Source of the DNA: Eledone cirrhosa
Taxonomy: Eukaryota
Length of the DNA: 64,000 bases
Assembly (NCBI GenBank): GCA_964016885.1
Contig: OZ024748.1
Span: 35,774,001 to 35,838,000 of the forward strand
Direction of reading: 5' to 3'
The position numbers and the translations under genes were made by a program. Positions 41,837 to 55,983 of this stretch are shown here, in pieces (position 1 is the first letter of the stretch; every line of letters begins with the position of its first letter). The notes under the pieces were generated by a model. That model was not told the DNA's origin and ran no database searches. It saw only the letters and a list, made by a program, of their open reading frames with translations.

Positions 41837-42941
41837 CTACTGTACGTCTGTATACATATATGTATGTACGTATACATACTTATATTTAAGTAACAGCCGT
41901 ACTAAGAGTGAGTAATGAAATTTCGTTTTATTTTTTCCATTTATCGTTTTCGGTGCGCCCGGCCGACTAACTCACTGGATATGCAAATTAGGCTACTCAG
42001 CCGTTAATATGCATAAGGAAAGTATATACTTTCAGACGTTCAGTCATCTGGCAGGAAGGTATACAGTGCTGCCGATAGCTAATAAGCTTGAAACTGGTAC
42101 ATCGTTCCTTTGTCATTGTTGAATAAAAGGGCAACGATGGTTGCTAAACACTGTACGGCTTAATTAGGGATGTTTGTTTACAAACAAACCGAGCATTATA
42201 ATAAATGTTCGGTAAATCCATACGTACATATATATATATATATATTGGAATAAATGCTCTGAAATAGCGATATATATGTGAAGATAGACATAGAATATTC
42301 GAAAATATTCTGTATGTTTATAATAAACATTTTGAAGACCTAATCGCTATAGAATAGAATACGTCACGTATTACAATTAGATTCTCGATAAAAGCAAGGG
42401 AAGTAACCTACGCGTTTCATTCTTATTAGAAATCTTCAGGATTACATATCCAGTGCTTTTATCGAGAATGACACAGCTAGAGACTTATAGAATACTTAGC
42501 TGTGTACAGGAACTGGTTTGAAAGAGCGGTTGCCGGTCCGGCAGAAATTAGAAATTGGAATAAATGCTCTGAAATAGCGATATATATGTGAAGATAGACA
42601 TAGAATATTCGAAAATATCTTCACATATATCTTCACATATATATCGCTATTTCAGAGCATTTATTCCAATTTCTAATTTCTGCCGGACCGGCAACCGCTC
42701 TTTCAAACCAGTTCCTGTACACAGCTAAGTATTCTATAAGTCTCTAGCTGTGTCATTCTCGATAAAAGCACTGGATATGTAATCCTGAAGATTTCTAATA
42801 AGAATGAAACGCGTAGGTTACTTCCCTTGCTTTTATCGAGAATCTAATTGTAATACGTGACGTATTCTATTCTATAGCGATTAGGTCTTCAAAATGTTTA
42901 TTATAAACATACAGAATATTTTCGAATATTCTATGTCTATC

Positions 42942-43006
<65 letters not shown>

Positions 43007-43106
43007 TACTGTACGTCTGTATACATATATGTATGTGCGTATACATACTTATATTTAAGTAACAGCCGTACTAAGAGTGAGAAATGAAATTTCGTTTGAT
43101 TTTTTC

Positions 43107-43110
<4 letters not shown>
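41489..43110 (+). mobile_element. Retrozyme-like tandem dimer, ~460 bp unit (family I)
   Basis: Units start at 41489 and 41949; the second is split by an insertion at ~42245-42945. HHR 41604-41644: CGGTG-CTGACGA-TAGCT aata AGCTT-GAAA-CTAG-TA-CATCG; degenerate copy at 42064-42104. Confidence 0.8.
42245..42946. mobile_element. Retrozyme-like ~309 bp unit in tandem + inverted arrangement (family K)
   Basis: Unit start repeats at 42245 and 42554; near-perfect inverted copy 42628-42946. HHR 42779-42821 (+): GTAATC-CTGAAGA-TTTCT aata AGAAT-GAAA-CGCG-TA-GGTTAC; also 42403-42445 (-). Confidence 0.85.
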
Positions 43111-43140
<30 letters not shown>

Positions 43141-43143
<3 letters not shown>

Positions 43144-43378
43144 ATAATAATACATTTGAAGACTAAAATCCAAAGAGGGCTCGATAAGGATAAATATATA
43201 TCAAATATATAAGAACCGTAGAGCAAATATTTATTAAAATAACAGATTAAAGTTTAAGCAAAGAATCGCTGCTTTCACCCTTAACGGAATATTCTGAAAC
43301 TTAGTTTCAGAAGATCCCGTTAAGGGTGAACGCAGCGATTCTTTTCTTAAACTTTAATCTGTTATTTTAATAAATATA
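43141..43378. mobile_element. Family J fold-back element with opposed HHR motifs
   Basis: ~75 bp arms 43227-43301 / 43303-43377 with a 1 nt spacer. Confidence 0.8.
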
Positions 43379-43389
43379 AAAACAACGTT

Positions 43390-44310
43390 TATTGTGTTGT
43401 ATCAGATGAAAGAATGGTATTTAACTAATGTATTGGTACGCGATGGGGCCCACCCACAGCCCCGGCGGATAGAATGGAGAAGGCGTTTCCCCGGAGGACG
43501 GCAAGGGAGACGCGCTGCAAAAGCCATTCCAACTCGCGGGGCTCACACGTGCGGCTGGCCAGCTCAGTGCCTATGGTGGTAAGTAAGGAGGTAGCCCTGG
43601 GCCGAGGACACCAGCAGTTTCCACTGCCCGGGGAACTACCGCAAAGCTGTCGGAGAGCGACCCGTATTTGAGGAGTTTGGCCCCCTCAGCCCGACGTGCA
43701 GCAGAACCTGGGTCAGTCGCAGACTGCACCAGGTTGCGGCTGCAGAAAGTGTCGGTGCAAGTGGCATCCCAGACGAGGAACGGGAAGATGGTCATGCCAT
43801 CTGGCCTTTTGCCGTCCCCTCGATCCAGCCCCATCGGCTCGAGCTGGGAAGGGAAGCCTGCAGCGTCCAAGCCATGCTTAATGACCTCGTTGAGGGCAGT
43901 ATGGCGTGGAATGCGGCCGGCACTGTGGCGACAGGAAAGCGGGTGGAGGCCGAAAGAGTCCACGGTGGAACTGCAACGACATTGGTGTGGCTGGCAGATC
44001 CGGAGGCCGTGCCTCAGGGAAACGCTGATTCGCAGGCTATGGTTGTCTAGCTGCGTGCCAGTGGAGAAGGAGGGCAGAGCATGGAGCCAGGCACCACTGT
44101 GGGGTTTGGAGGCCGCACGAAAACAAGCAAGGGCGTGCTGGTCGAGCTGGCGCGTGAGCCTGTCTGAGGCCAGGCTGCACTGGATGGCATCCCAAGTGTA
44201 TTGGGGGAATTGACGTCAACAGGTGGAGAAGGAGGAGGGACGTCTACTGGGCTAAGTCCCAGCCGGTCCCACGTCTCACAGGCGCCCTCACGTTCTCTGA
44301 ACACAGAGGG
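43390..44310 (-). mobile_element. CRE-like non-LTR retrotransposon 3' fragment (CCHC + restriction-like endonuclease)
   Basis: DSFGLHPLSC..RH..LN..LEP..DGKRPDG..LVWDATCTDT..E..K..KY..AVET.G..G and WLLQRVSLAVLRGNA. Confidence 0.85.
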
Positions 44311-44311
44311 T

Positions 44312-44342
<31 letters not shown>

Positions 44343-44351
<9 letters not shown>

Positions 44352-44948
44352 CATTATAAAGAGAGAAGAAACATTAGATATAATTAATAAGATATACCAT
44401 ACCCAAATTCCTTCATCACTCCTCGACTACGTAGTTTCGTGGCATATTATGCAAAAACACTACATCACAGAGATATATAGAATTTTTGTGAGGTTTGCCG
44501 ACTTATCAAGAGGATACCTCATTAAGAGTTTCAAAACACATCCGTAGGACGCGAGATAGAATCCCGAAAGGCAGAGACGGAGTCAATCACGTGATACAGC
44601 CACCTCTTCTACGGCTTTGATATAAGTACCCCCTCTGCCTCCGTGGTATTTTGTTCATGTTTGTAAGAGGCTTAGCTCTGTTTCTTGACCGCTGTATCAC
44701 GTGATTGACTCCCCCTCCGCCTTTCGGGATTCTATCTCGCGTCCTACGGATGTGTTTTGAAACTCTAAATGAGGTATCCTCTTGATAAGTCGGCAAACCT
44801 CACCAAAATTCTATATATCTCTGTGATGTAGTGTTTTTGCACAATATGCCACGAAACTACGTAGTCGAGGAGTTATGAGGGAATTTGGGTATGGTATATC
44901 TTATTAATTATATCTAATGTTTCTTCTTTCTTTATAATGTATTATATA
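44343..44948. mobile_element. Fold-back element (family L), ~255 bp arms, each with a variant HHR
   Basis: Arms 44343-44600 / 44690-44948. HHR 44777-44871 (+): TCCTC-TTGATAA-GTCGGCA..TGCCAC-GAAA-CTACGTAG-TC-GAGGA; also 44420-44514 (-). Confidence 0.85.
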
Positions 44949-45106
44949 GCTTTGATACTGAATCAATCTAATCCATTCGGATTATTTTGTCCCAGTAATT
45001 CATAGAGCAACATCGGTAGAAGTTGGCACCATTAATTCAGGGATATATGTGGATATATTCATGTATTTGTATGTGTCCGCATGTATCTGTGTTTCTGTAT
45101 ATTGTG

Positions 45107-45162
<56 letters not shown>

Positions 45163-45459
45163 TATATATACATATATACACACACACACCACGTCATAAT
45201 GTCGCAATGCAGACAGCCATACATACAGACATATTATAAGGGCGCAACGTTATATCTATGTATCTATCTAAAAAGAGAAAGACTAAGAGTTATAGAGAGA
45301 GATCGCCTAATGCCGTCCCTAGAGCATTGAAAATTTGAAATATTCTATGCTCAAAACATTCACAGGACCATAAGTATTACATGTGTAAAGTTTGAAAATC
45401 GGCTGGGTGGTTCTCGAGTTTTAGTGAGCGGAGAAACAGATAGACAGACAGACATTCTC

Positions 45460-45531
<72 letters not shown>

Positions 45532-45535
<4 letters not shown>

Positions 45536-45689
45536 CGAAGGAGGTGTGGTGAGGAACCAGATGGACTATAACGCACCAGAGTACTCAATACTTAGGTTAG
45601 TAGAGTAGGTAATAGGAAAATGTTTAAACCCGACTGCAGAGCTCAAACCGACTTTGAGCTCTGCCGTCGGGGTTAAACATTTTCCTATA
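45532..45689. mobile_element. Family M fold-back element, copy 5
   Basis: Inversion centred on GAGCTCAAA ccgac TTTGAGCTC. Confidence 0.8.
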
Positions 45690-45713
45690 TATGTATATAT
45701 ATATATATGTATA

Positions 45714-45769
<56 letters not shown>

Positions 45770-46261
45770 TTCATCCCTAAGTGAAAAGAATTTGCGCTGT
45801 AACTCTCTCATCTTTTCTCTAAAATGCAAAGAACTCACGACCTCATTGTCCAATGTATCCACTTCCATCACGGTGGAGTATAATTTGCAGGGGATTTGGC
45901 TACTAATTTTAGCCGACCAAGCAACCACGGAGAGTTGGCTTCTATCGTAATTTGTCTCAACACAAGTTTTACGTCCTAATACAAAGCTATCTTAGGGATG
46001 GATCAACATAAAAGAGGAAGAAACAAAGAAGCCACAACAAAACTAGTCTCCGAAATATACTTATGATGGTCTCTGTTGTTAAATATATGAGTAATATCAT
46101 CATAACCTGCCATCATCAACTCTTGGAGGGTGGTTGGTTCATCCAGAAGATATTCCAATCATATCAGCCTTGTCTCTTATGTTTTCTGATGTGACAGATT
46201 CGGTGTGTGGTCTCCTAAAATATATTCAATTTTCAGCACAGGCTATTCTGAAGGAGAGAGG

Positions 46262-46410
46262 GGATAAATGGATTTCAGTATTTGATTGGTACTTTATTTA
46301 TCGACCTCGAAATGTTGAAAGGTAAAGCTGAGCTCCTGGAATTTGAACTCAGAGCACAAACTCAACCATAAAAAGACAAAACATTGTATCTGACGCTTCA
46401 ACGACTCTGT
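46262..46410 (-). mobile_element. Degenerate SINE
   Basis: TGGTACTTTATTTATCGAC..TGAAAGGTAAAG..ATTTGAACTCAGA. Confidence 0.7.
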
Positions 46411-46469
46411 CTATTTTCCAGCAGAGAAAGAAAGAAAGAATGAGATACACATACATATGTATATGTATG

Positions 46470-46587
<118 letters not shown>

Positions 46588-46674
46588 TAGAGAGTAAATA
46601 CACACGCACACATATATATATTTAAGAGAGAGATAGAGTGAAAGATACAGAGATATTAAGACACACAGAGAAAG

Positions 46675-46720
<46 letters not shown>

Positions 46721-48029
46721 ATGTGCTTGCATGTGTATGTGTACGTGCATGTGTTGGAGAGAGATAGAGAGATGAAACATGAAAGTCAGCTTTTCTGTAA
46801 AGTGTGACTTTATTCAATCATCATAGAAACCAATTCTTGTCTTTTGAGATGTTATGTTGATTGAAGAAAACGTTAACTACTATTAGCCAGATCTCTCTCT
46901 CCACTCTCCTCTCTCACCACTCTTCTCTCTCTTCTCCCTTCTCTCCTCTTCTTCCTCCGCTCTCCTCCTCTCTTCACTCTCCTCTTCTCCCTTCTTTCTC
47001 CTCTCCCTTCTCTCCTCTCTCCACTCTCCTCTTCTCCCTCCACTCTCCCCTCTTCTCGCTCTCCCTTCTCTCTCTATTCCCAACCATTTCTACATGCTAT
47101 ATATTTAACCATGCTCCGGCCCTCTTCCCCATCATTTGCCCTAACCCAACACTCATTTCGTTCTAAATCTCCGTGGAATATATAAAAATGTGCAGCAGAA
47201 CTCGTTTCGCTCCTCCTTCCCTCTTGATGTAATTAATCCAGTGGAGGTTATTTGCAAATTGTTAACAAACCCGTCGAATTTTTACGATAGAATCATATCA
47301 TCTGATATCTTTAGCGTTCCAGCACGACCAGATCACGTGATGGCAAGGTGAGAACTCGCCGGAGGGATGATATCCCCTCACAGGGCATAATGTGCTTTTC
47401 ACAACAATTCTCACTTGTTGGATCACAATTTAGTATAATAATAATAATAATAATAATAGTAATAATAGCTGTAGTTGTTGTTACTGTTGTTGTTTTTATT
47501 GGCTTGGTGCTAATTGGGTGATTTCAAGAGCAACCGAGCTTTAATTATGCGGAATGTAATTATTAGAAAAAGAACAACGATAACGATGCCGACAACAACA
47601 ACTACAACAACACCAAAGACTACAACAACAACAACAACAACAACAACTACGGCAACTACAACACCTACAGCAACAACACCTCATACAACACCACCAACAG
47701 CACCACCAACAGCACCACCGCCTCCAACACCTCCTCTACCACCACCGCCTCCATCAACACCACCACCGCCGCCACCACCACCTCCACCCCACCACCACCA
47801 TCACCACCTCCACCACCACCACCACCACCTCCACCCCCACCGCCCCCACCACCACCTCCAACACCTCCTCTACTGTAATATAGCTACAGTACAGTAATGT
47901 TGCTGTACTGTAGTATAGCTACAGTACAGCAACACTACTGAGCAGTATACCACATTACAGTACTGAACTTGTTTTACGTTGGTGTACTGTACTATATCTA
48001 TAATATTGTAATTTTGTGTACTGTACAGT

Positions 48030-48718
48030 AGCTATATAATATATACAATGTTGTATAATATATACAATGTTGTATAATATATACAATGTTGTATAATATA
48101 TACAATAGCTATATAATATATACAATGTTGTATAATATATACAATAACTATATAATATATACAATGATGTATAATATATACAATAGCTATATAATATATA
48201 CAATGTTGTAAATATATACAATAGCTATATAATGTATACAATAGCTATATAATATATACAATAGCTATATAATGTATACAATGTTGTATAATATATACAA
48301 TAGCTATATAATATATACAATGTTGTAAATATATACAATAGCTATATAATGTATACAATGTTGTATAATATATACAATAGCTATATAATATATACAATGC
48401 TGTATAATATATACAATAGCTATATAATATATACAATGTTGTAAATATATACAATAGCTATATAATGTATACAATAGCTATATAATATATACAATAGCTA
48501 TATAATGTATACAATGTTGTATAATATATTCAATAGCTATATAATATATACAATGTTGTAAATATATACAATAGCTATATAATGTATACAATGTTGTATA
48601 ATATATACAATAGCTATATAATATATACAATGTTGTAAATATATACAATAGCTATATAATGTATACAATAGCTATATAATATATATAATAGCTATATAAT
48701 ATATACAATAACTATATA
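48030..48718. repeat. ~18-20 bp AT-rich minisatellite
   Basis: TATAATATATACAATAGC / TATAATATATACAATGTTG units. Confidence 0.95.
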
Positions 48719-48719
48719 T

Positions 48720-50367
48720 TAATATTCCCTACAACTTAGCCAAGAGAATCTGTACTATAGTCTCTAATAAAAACACCTGTTACTTACGGCTACAAGAACT
48801 AAAGGACACACTCATAGGCAGGGACTACCCTGCATCACTAATTGACAATGGAATCCAACGTGCCCTAAAACTCAGTACCCAGGACCTTAGACACCCTAAA
48901 GTAAATCAACTGAAACTAAAAGCTCTTCCATACATCTCCACACACAACCCCTCAACACTGAGGCCTTTGACACCATCCTCCAGAACATCCCTATGTTAAA
49001 AAAGGACCATAGAATGAACCAAATCCTTCGAACACACGATATCATAAAGAGCAAAAGACAATCTAAGTCAATGAAAAACATCCTAACACATGCCAAAGTA
49101 CTGCCAACCACAACAACGAAACCCACAGTAAAAAAATGCGATAGACCCAACTGTGGCATATGCATCAACCTAATAGAGGGTTCGGAATTCTATTTCAAAG
49201 AAGGACAATGTTTTATAGTAAAACACAATTTCACATGCGCATCAGAAAATCTAATATATGTATTAACTTGCTCAGGTTGTCGAGAACAATACATAGGCCA
49301 GACCAAAAACAGCCTCCGCCAACGCATGACTGTCCATAGATCCCAAATTAAAATACGGGAATACAGGAAAATACCACTGAGTGAACACATTGATACATGT
49401 GCCGCCCAAAATCATCCAAACTTTAGAATCTTTCCCCTCTACAAATTTAAAGATAATGCCACTCACACCCAGCGCATCAGCAAGGAATCTCACTTTATTA
49501 ACAAATACGGACCCCGTCTAAACACTTCTCCCTAAGACGAACCCACAACATACACACGTCAACATACATACCTACATCAGCATACATCCTACATACATTT
49601 CTATCCACATATAAACACAATGACATACGTAAACACACATATTCTATGGTGCAACACAAATATACACACATTTGCATACCTTTTGATGTCTATAGATATA
49701 AACGTGCCGACACATACACATATATATACGCACACATGCATTGCACACTGATGGGCACATACATATTTGTACACAAGTATTCCAATACGGCAGGGCCTAA
49801 TGGATTCCCCTTGCAGTACGTACAATCTGGACACTCACACACACCTTGGTGTTATGACAATACTATATATCATTTCACACCTTTTATTATTAATGTTTTT
49901 GATGTTCTCTTGAGAGAATCGTTTTTGCTGAAAATATCGAATAATGTACACCATTTTTACCAGTATCACAAAAATACTGGTCCACCCACACACACACACA
50001 GACACACATACACACATATACACACACACACACATATACACACACACATACACACGCGTACACTAACATACAAAGAGACATATATATACACACACACACA
50101 CTTCTCCGTATAAGACAAGAGCTGAAAAATATCTTTCAACATGTTAAAATATCCCCCACACACGTACAGACACATTCCTACTGAGCGATCCCTCTACCAC
50201 GAATTACTCTGCTACACACACATACACACACACACACTTCTCCGTATAAGACAAGAGCTGAAAAATATCTTTCAACATGTTAAAATATCCCCCACACACG
50301 TACAGACACATTCCTACTAACCGATCCCTCTACCACGAATTACTCTGCCACACACACACGCACACGC

Positions 50368-50407
<40 letters not shown>

Positions 50408-50996
50408 TTGTCTTAATAGGCACCTGAACTGTTGACCTTTCAACATGACTGCAATTCACACACACATCCCTACTGACCATTATCACAACAATGAACCTCT
50501 TTACTACACACAGACACACACACACACACACACACATATTTGTCTTAAAAGACTTATTTTTCAGTGACTTCTCAATCAGGCGAAAAAGGACACTCTTCGA
50601 CAAACCTACATTTGGCGCAAAATCAATTTTTAACATTCACGTGACCTCTACCGACCAATCAAAATTGTTTTGACCACAAGAATTTTTGCAACACGAATTG
50701 GCGCGAAACTTATTTTAATACCTCTGGAGCCACTTTTTTCACATAAAACAGGTAGAATTTCCAAAACTAATCAGATTAGAGCAAACATCACGGGCGCTCT
50801 ATCTCAAAATTATTTTTGAAAAGCATTAGAAATGCGCAACCGGTAAAAACTTAAAACTAAAACTGAATACTAACCAATACTATTACTAATTTTTACTTAT
50901 TCCTAATTAAACTATTTTTCACTGGGAACAATTTGTCAGCATTTTCTTTTCCTTTTACCAATATATCACAGCTCGTGTTTTACACCTCTATTCTTT

Positions 50997-50999
<3 letters not shown>
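48720..50999 (+). mobile_element. 5'-truncated Penelope-like element (Naiad/Neptune-like)
   Basis: Thumb NIPYNLAKRICTIVS..RLQELKDTLIGRDYP; GIY-YIG ORF 48993-49535; 1.46 kb CA-rich 3' region ending at (TA)n. Confidence 0.92.
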
Positions 51000-51027
<28 letters not shown>

Positions 51028-51181
51028 TGATTAAAGTTAAAGATACACAAATCCTGTATTGTCTTCATTGTATGTATGTATGTATGTATGTATGTATGTA
51101 TGTATGTATGTATGTATGTATGCATGTATGTATGTATGTATGTGTATGTTTTTTATGTATCTATGTGTGTATGTACTTTTC

Positions 51182-51221
<40 letters not shown>

Positions 51222-51584
51222 GTACACACAGACAGACACACACACACACATATATGTACATATACATGTATGTATATATATAAATATATATATATACACA
51301 CACATACGTGTGTGTGTGTAACATTTAAGGAAGGCTGAGAATTGTCATACATCCCCCCCCTCCATCCATAACACATAATTATATTATTTCTATAATATAA
51401 TATCATCTTAATTATCATCAAATGAACTGAAGAGAGAATTGTTCTTTCCAAATAATTTATTATATTATCGTTCAGACATTGGACGAGAATAAGTCTTGTT
51501 TGTAACTAATAATATCACAATAATATCCTCTCAGGTAGCAAACAGAATCACTTTGCTTTCAGAGTTCTATAAACAGTCTTTAAA

Positions 51585-51775
51585 TAATTGTTTCTACTTT
51601 TTGGCACAAGGCCAGCAATTATCCCAGTGTATTACAGGTACTTTATTTTTTCGACCCCGTAAGGATGAAAGGCAAAGTTAACCTCGGCGGGATTTGAACT
51701 CAGTCCGTAAAGGGACGTAACTGTGCGGCAAAGCATGGCGTCCGACCCTCTACCGATACTGCTAATACACCGCCC
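51585..51775 (-). mobile_element. tRNA-derived SINE
   Basis: A/B boxes; TSD TAAACAGTCTTTAAATAAT on both sides. Confidence 0.92.
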
Positions 51776-51987
51776 TAAACAGTCTTTAAATAATGCTTTT
51801 ATTTCAGATATATTTCTGAATCGATTAAATTTTACTAATTGCTAAGGGGAACCAAAGTTTTCCAGGGTCAGCCAGGTAAATAGAAGGAGGAAGGATATAG
51901 GAAGGGGTGTCGTATTAAATCAGGTTTAAAAGGCTAAAACAAAAATTGATACCGGAAGATATAATTTAAAAAAGTTTAACAAAGGCT

Positions 51988-52430
51988 TATAGAAGACAGA
52001 AGTTGACGAAAGTCAAACGAGGTTTGATAGAAGACAGATGGTGATGGAGACAAATAAAGAAATATAGAAAAAGACAGCAGTTGACGAAGTCAAACCAAGG
52101 TAGATAGCAGAAGATAGTAGTTGACGGAAGTAAAACGAACGTTGAGAGAATACTGCAGTTGACTGAAGTCAAAAGAGAATCGATAGAGGAGAAAATATGA
52201 CAGAAGTAAAAGGAGGGTTGGTAGAAGAGAGAAGTTGACGGAAGTAAAACAAACGTTCATAGAGGAGAGAATATGACGGAGATAATCAAAGGAGGATGAA
52301 AAAGACCGCAGTTGACGGAACCCCAACGAAGGTCGACAGAAGAGAGAAGTGATACGAACGTTGACAGAATACAGAAATTGACGAAAGGTTGACAAAAGAG
52401 AGAAGTTGACGAAAGATTGACAGAGGGAGA
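51988..52430. repeat. Degenerate ~39 bp purine-rich tandem repeat
   Basis: AGTTGACG(G/A)A anchors at ~52001, 52079, 52119, 52157, 52233, 52310, 52404. Confidence 0.65.
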
Positions 52431-52734
52431 CAAGAGTAAATAGAAAGGCAAAACAAGGTTAGATAGAGAAACACTGTTGTAGATAAAGGAAGACAGAATT
52501 TATCGGGGATTAAACTAGAATTGATAACAGAAGATGGCAGGAAGGCAGACCTTGGCAGGATGTCAAACAATGTATCATTACATCAATAATTTCTACGTAT
52601 TTTTCTTCACTACTTTGTCGATATTCTATCAATCCATTCCATAAAATGACCAACAAATATAATAAAACCAACCGAAGAAAACAAAGAAATCTGAAATAAT
52701 GACTACAACTTTTATTACAATTACTACGGCATTA

Positions 52735-54310
52735 CAATCACCATCACCATCACAATAACTACGACGTTACAACTGTCTGTATGGTAATACCACCACCACC
52801 ACCACCACCACCATCACTACCACCACCATCACCATCACCATGATCACCATCACCACCACCACCACCATCATCCCTATCACCATCATCACCATCACCATTA
52901 CTACGACATTACAACTGTCTGTATGGTATTACCACCACCACCACCACCACCACCACCACCATCACCACCACCACCATCACCATCACCATGATCACCATCA
53001 CCACCACCACCACCATCATCCCTATCATCATCATCACCATCACAATAACTACGTCGTTACAACTGTCTGTATGGTATTACCACCACCACCACCACCACCA
53101 CCATCACCACCACCACCATCACCATCACCATGATCACCATCACCACCACCACCACCACCATCATCCCTATCACCATCATCACCATCACCATTACTACGAC
53201 GTTACAACTGTCTGTATGGTATTACCACCATCACCACCACCACCATCACCATCACCATGATCACCATCACCACCACCACCACCATCATCCCTATCATCAT
53301 CATCACCATCACAATAACTACGTCGTTACAACTGTCTGTATGGTATTACCACCACCACCACCACCACCACCATCACCACCACCACCATCACCATCACCAT
53401 GATCACCATCACCACCACCACCACCACCATCATCCCTATCACCATCATCACCATCACCATTACTACGACGTTACAACTGTCTGTATGGTATTACCACCAC
53501 CACCACCACCACCACCACCACCACCACCACCACCAACACCATCACCACCACCACCATCACCATCACCATGATCACCATCACCACCACCACCACCATCATC
53601 CCTATCACCATCATCACCATCACCATTACTACGACGTTACAACTGTCTGTATGGTATTACCACCACCACCACCACCACCACCATCACCACCACCACCACC
53701 ACCACCACCACCACCATCACCACCACCATCACCACCACCATCACCACCATCACCATGATCACCATCACCATCACCACCATCACCACCACCACCACCATCA
53801 TCCCTATCACCATCATCACCATCACCATTACTACGACATTACAACTGTCTGTATGGTATTACCACCACCACCACCACCACCATCACCACCATCACCAACA
53901 TCACCATGATCACCATCACCATCACCATGATCACCATCCCCACCACCACCACCATCACCACCACCACCACCATCACCACCATCACCACCATCACCATCAC
54001 CACCATCACCACCACCACCATCATCCCTATCACCATCATCACCATCACAATAACTACGTTACAACTGTCTGTATGATATTACCACCACCACCACCACCAT
54101 CACCACCATCACCATGATCACCACCACCATCACCACCATCACCATGATCACCATCACCATCACCACCATCACCACCACCACCACCATCATCCCTATCACC
54201 ATCATCACCATCACCATTACTACGACATTACAACTGTATGTATGGCATTACAATCATCACCACCACCACCACCACCACCATCACCACCACCACCACCACC
54301 ACCACCATCA
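52735..54310. repeat. Higher-order repeat: TTACAACTGTCTGTATGGTATTAC anchor + variable (CAC/CAT)n, 10 units
   Basis: Anchors at ~52767, 52909, 53056, 53201, 53326, 53470, 53636, 53839, 54059, 54228. Confidence 0.9.
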
Positions 54311-55547
54311 CCACCCCCATCATTATTATCAATGATACCACCATTATCAACATCACCATCACCATCACCACTATAAAAGCAGTAGAAATCCCACCATCAC
54401 TATCATCATCACCACCACCACTTCTAAACCACCACCACTACCACCACCAAAACCACCACCAACACCACCACAACCAACACGACACCACCACCAACACTAC
54501 ACCACCACCACCAACTACCACCACCACTACCACTACCACTACCGCTACACCACCACCACCTCTACACCACCACTACATCACCACTATCACCACCGCCACC
54601 ACCACCACCAGCTCTACACCACCACCACCACCACCACCACCACCACCATCACCACCACCACCACCACCACCACCACAACCACCACCACTACCACCACCAC
54701 CACTACACCACCGCCACCACCACTACCGCCACTACCACTACACCACCACCACCACTACCACTACACCACCACCACCACCACCACCACTACACCACCACCG
54801 CCACCACCACCACTACACCACCACCACCACCACTACACTACCACCACCACCACCACCACCACCACCACCGCCACCACCACCACTACACCACGACCACCAC
54901 CACTACACTACCACCACCACCACCACCACCACCACCACCACCACTACACCACCACCGCCACCACCACCACTACACCACCACCACCACCACTACACCACCA
55001 CCACTACCACCACCACCACCACTACACCACCGCCACCACCACCACCACTACCACTACACCACCACCACCACCACCACCACTACACCACCACCGCCACCAC
55101 CACCACCACTACACTACCACCACCACCACCACCACCACCACCACCACTACCACTACACCACCACCACCACCACCACCACCACCACCACCACCACTACACC
55201 ACCACCACCACCACCACCACCACCACCACCACCACCACCACTATACAGTAGAAATTGCCACATCTGAAGAATTTGGTCCTGAACTAAAAGTTGTTTTTGT
55301 AAGATTTCTCCAAAGAATGTTAGCTTAGTGAGGACACGTGATTGTTAACATGACTTTAGTGATGGTGGAGTGGGGGGAGGGGACGGAGGGGTAGAAGGGG
55401 CGAGAGGGGATGGAGGGGGAGAGAGGGGAAGGAGGGGGAGGTGGAAGACAGTTAAGGAAAAAGGGAGAGAAAGAGAGATGTTTGAATCTTTTTTGCAACG
55501 TTACTATACACATACAAATACACATGCAAACATGTATACATACACAC

Positions 55548-55983
55548 ACATAAACGTATGTATACATATACACACATAAACGTATGTATACATACACACA
55601 CATAAACGTATGTATACATATACACACATAAACGTATGTATACATATACACACATAAACGTATGTATACATATACACACATAAACGTATGTATACATACA
55701 CACACATAAACGTATGTATACATATACACACATAAACGTATGTATACATATACACACATAAACGTATGTATACATATACACACATAAACGTATGTATACA
55801 TACACACACATAAACGTATGTATACATATACACACATAAACGTATGTATACATACACACACATAAACGTATGTATACATATACACACATAAACGATTGTA
55901 TACATATACACACACATAAACGTATGTATACATATACACACATAAACGTATGTATACATATACACACATAAACGTATGTATAC

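Noticed and set aside
52735-54310. CRISPR-like alternation of a constant 24-mer with variable spacers
   Set aside because: The spacers are length variants of the same CAC/CAT repeat; eukaryotic context with no cas genes.
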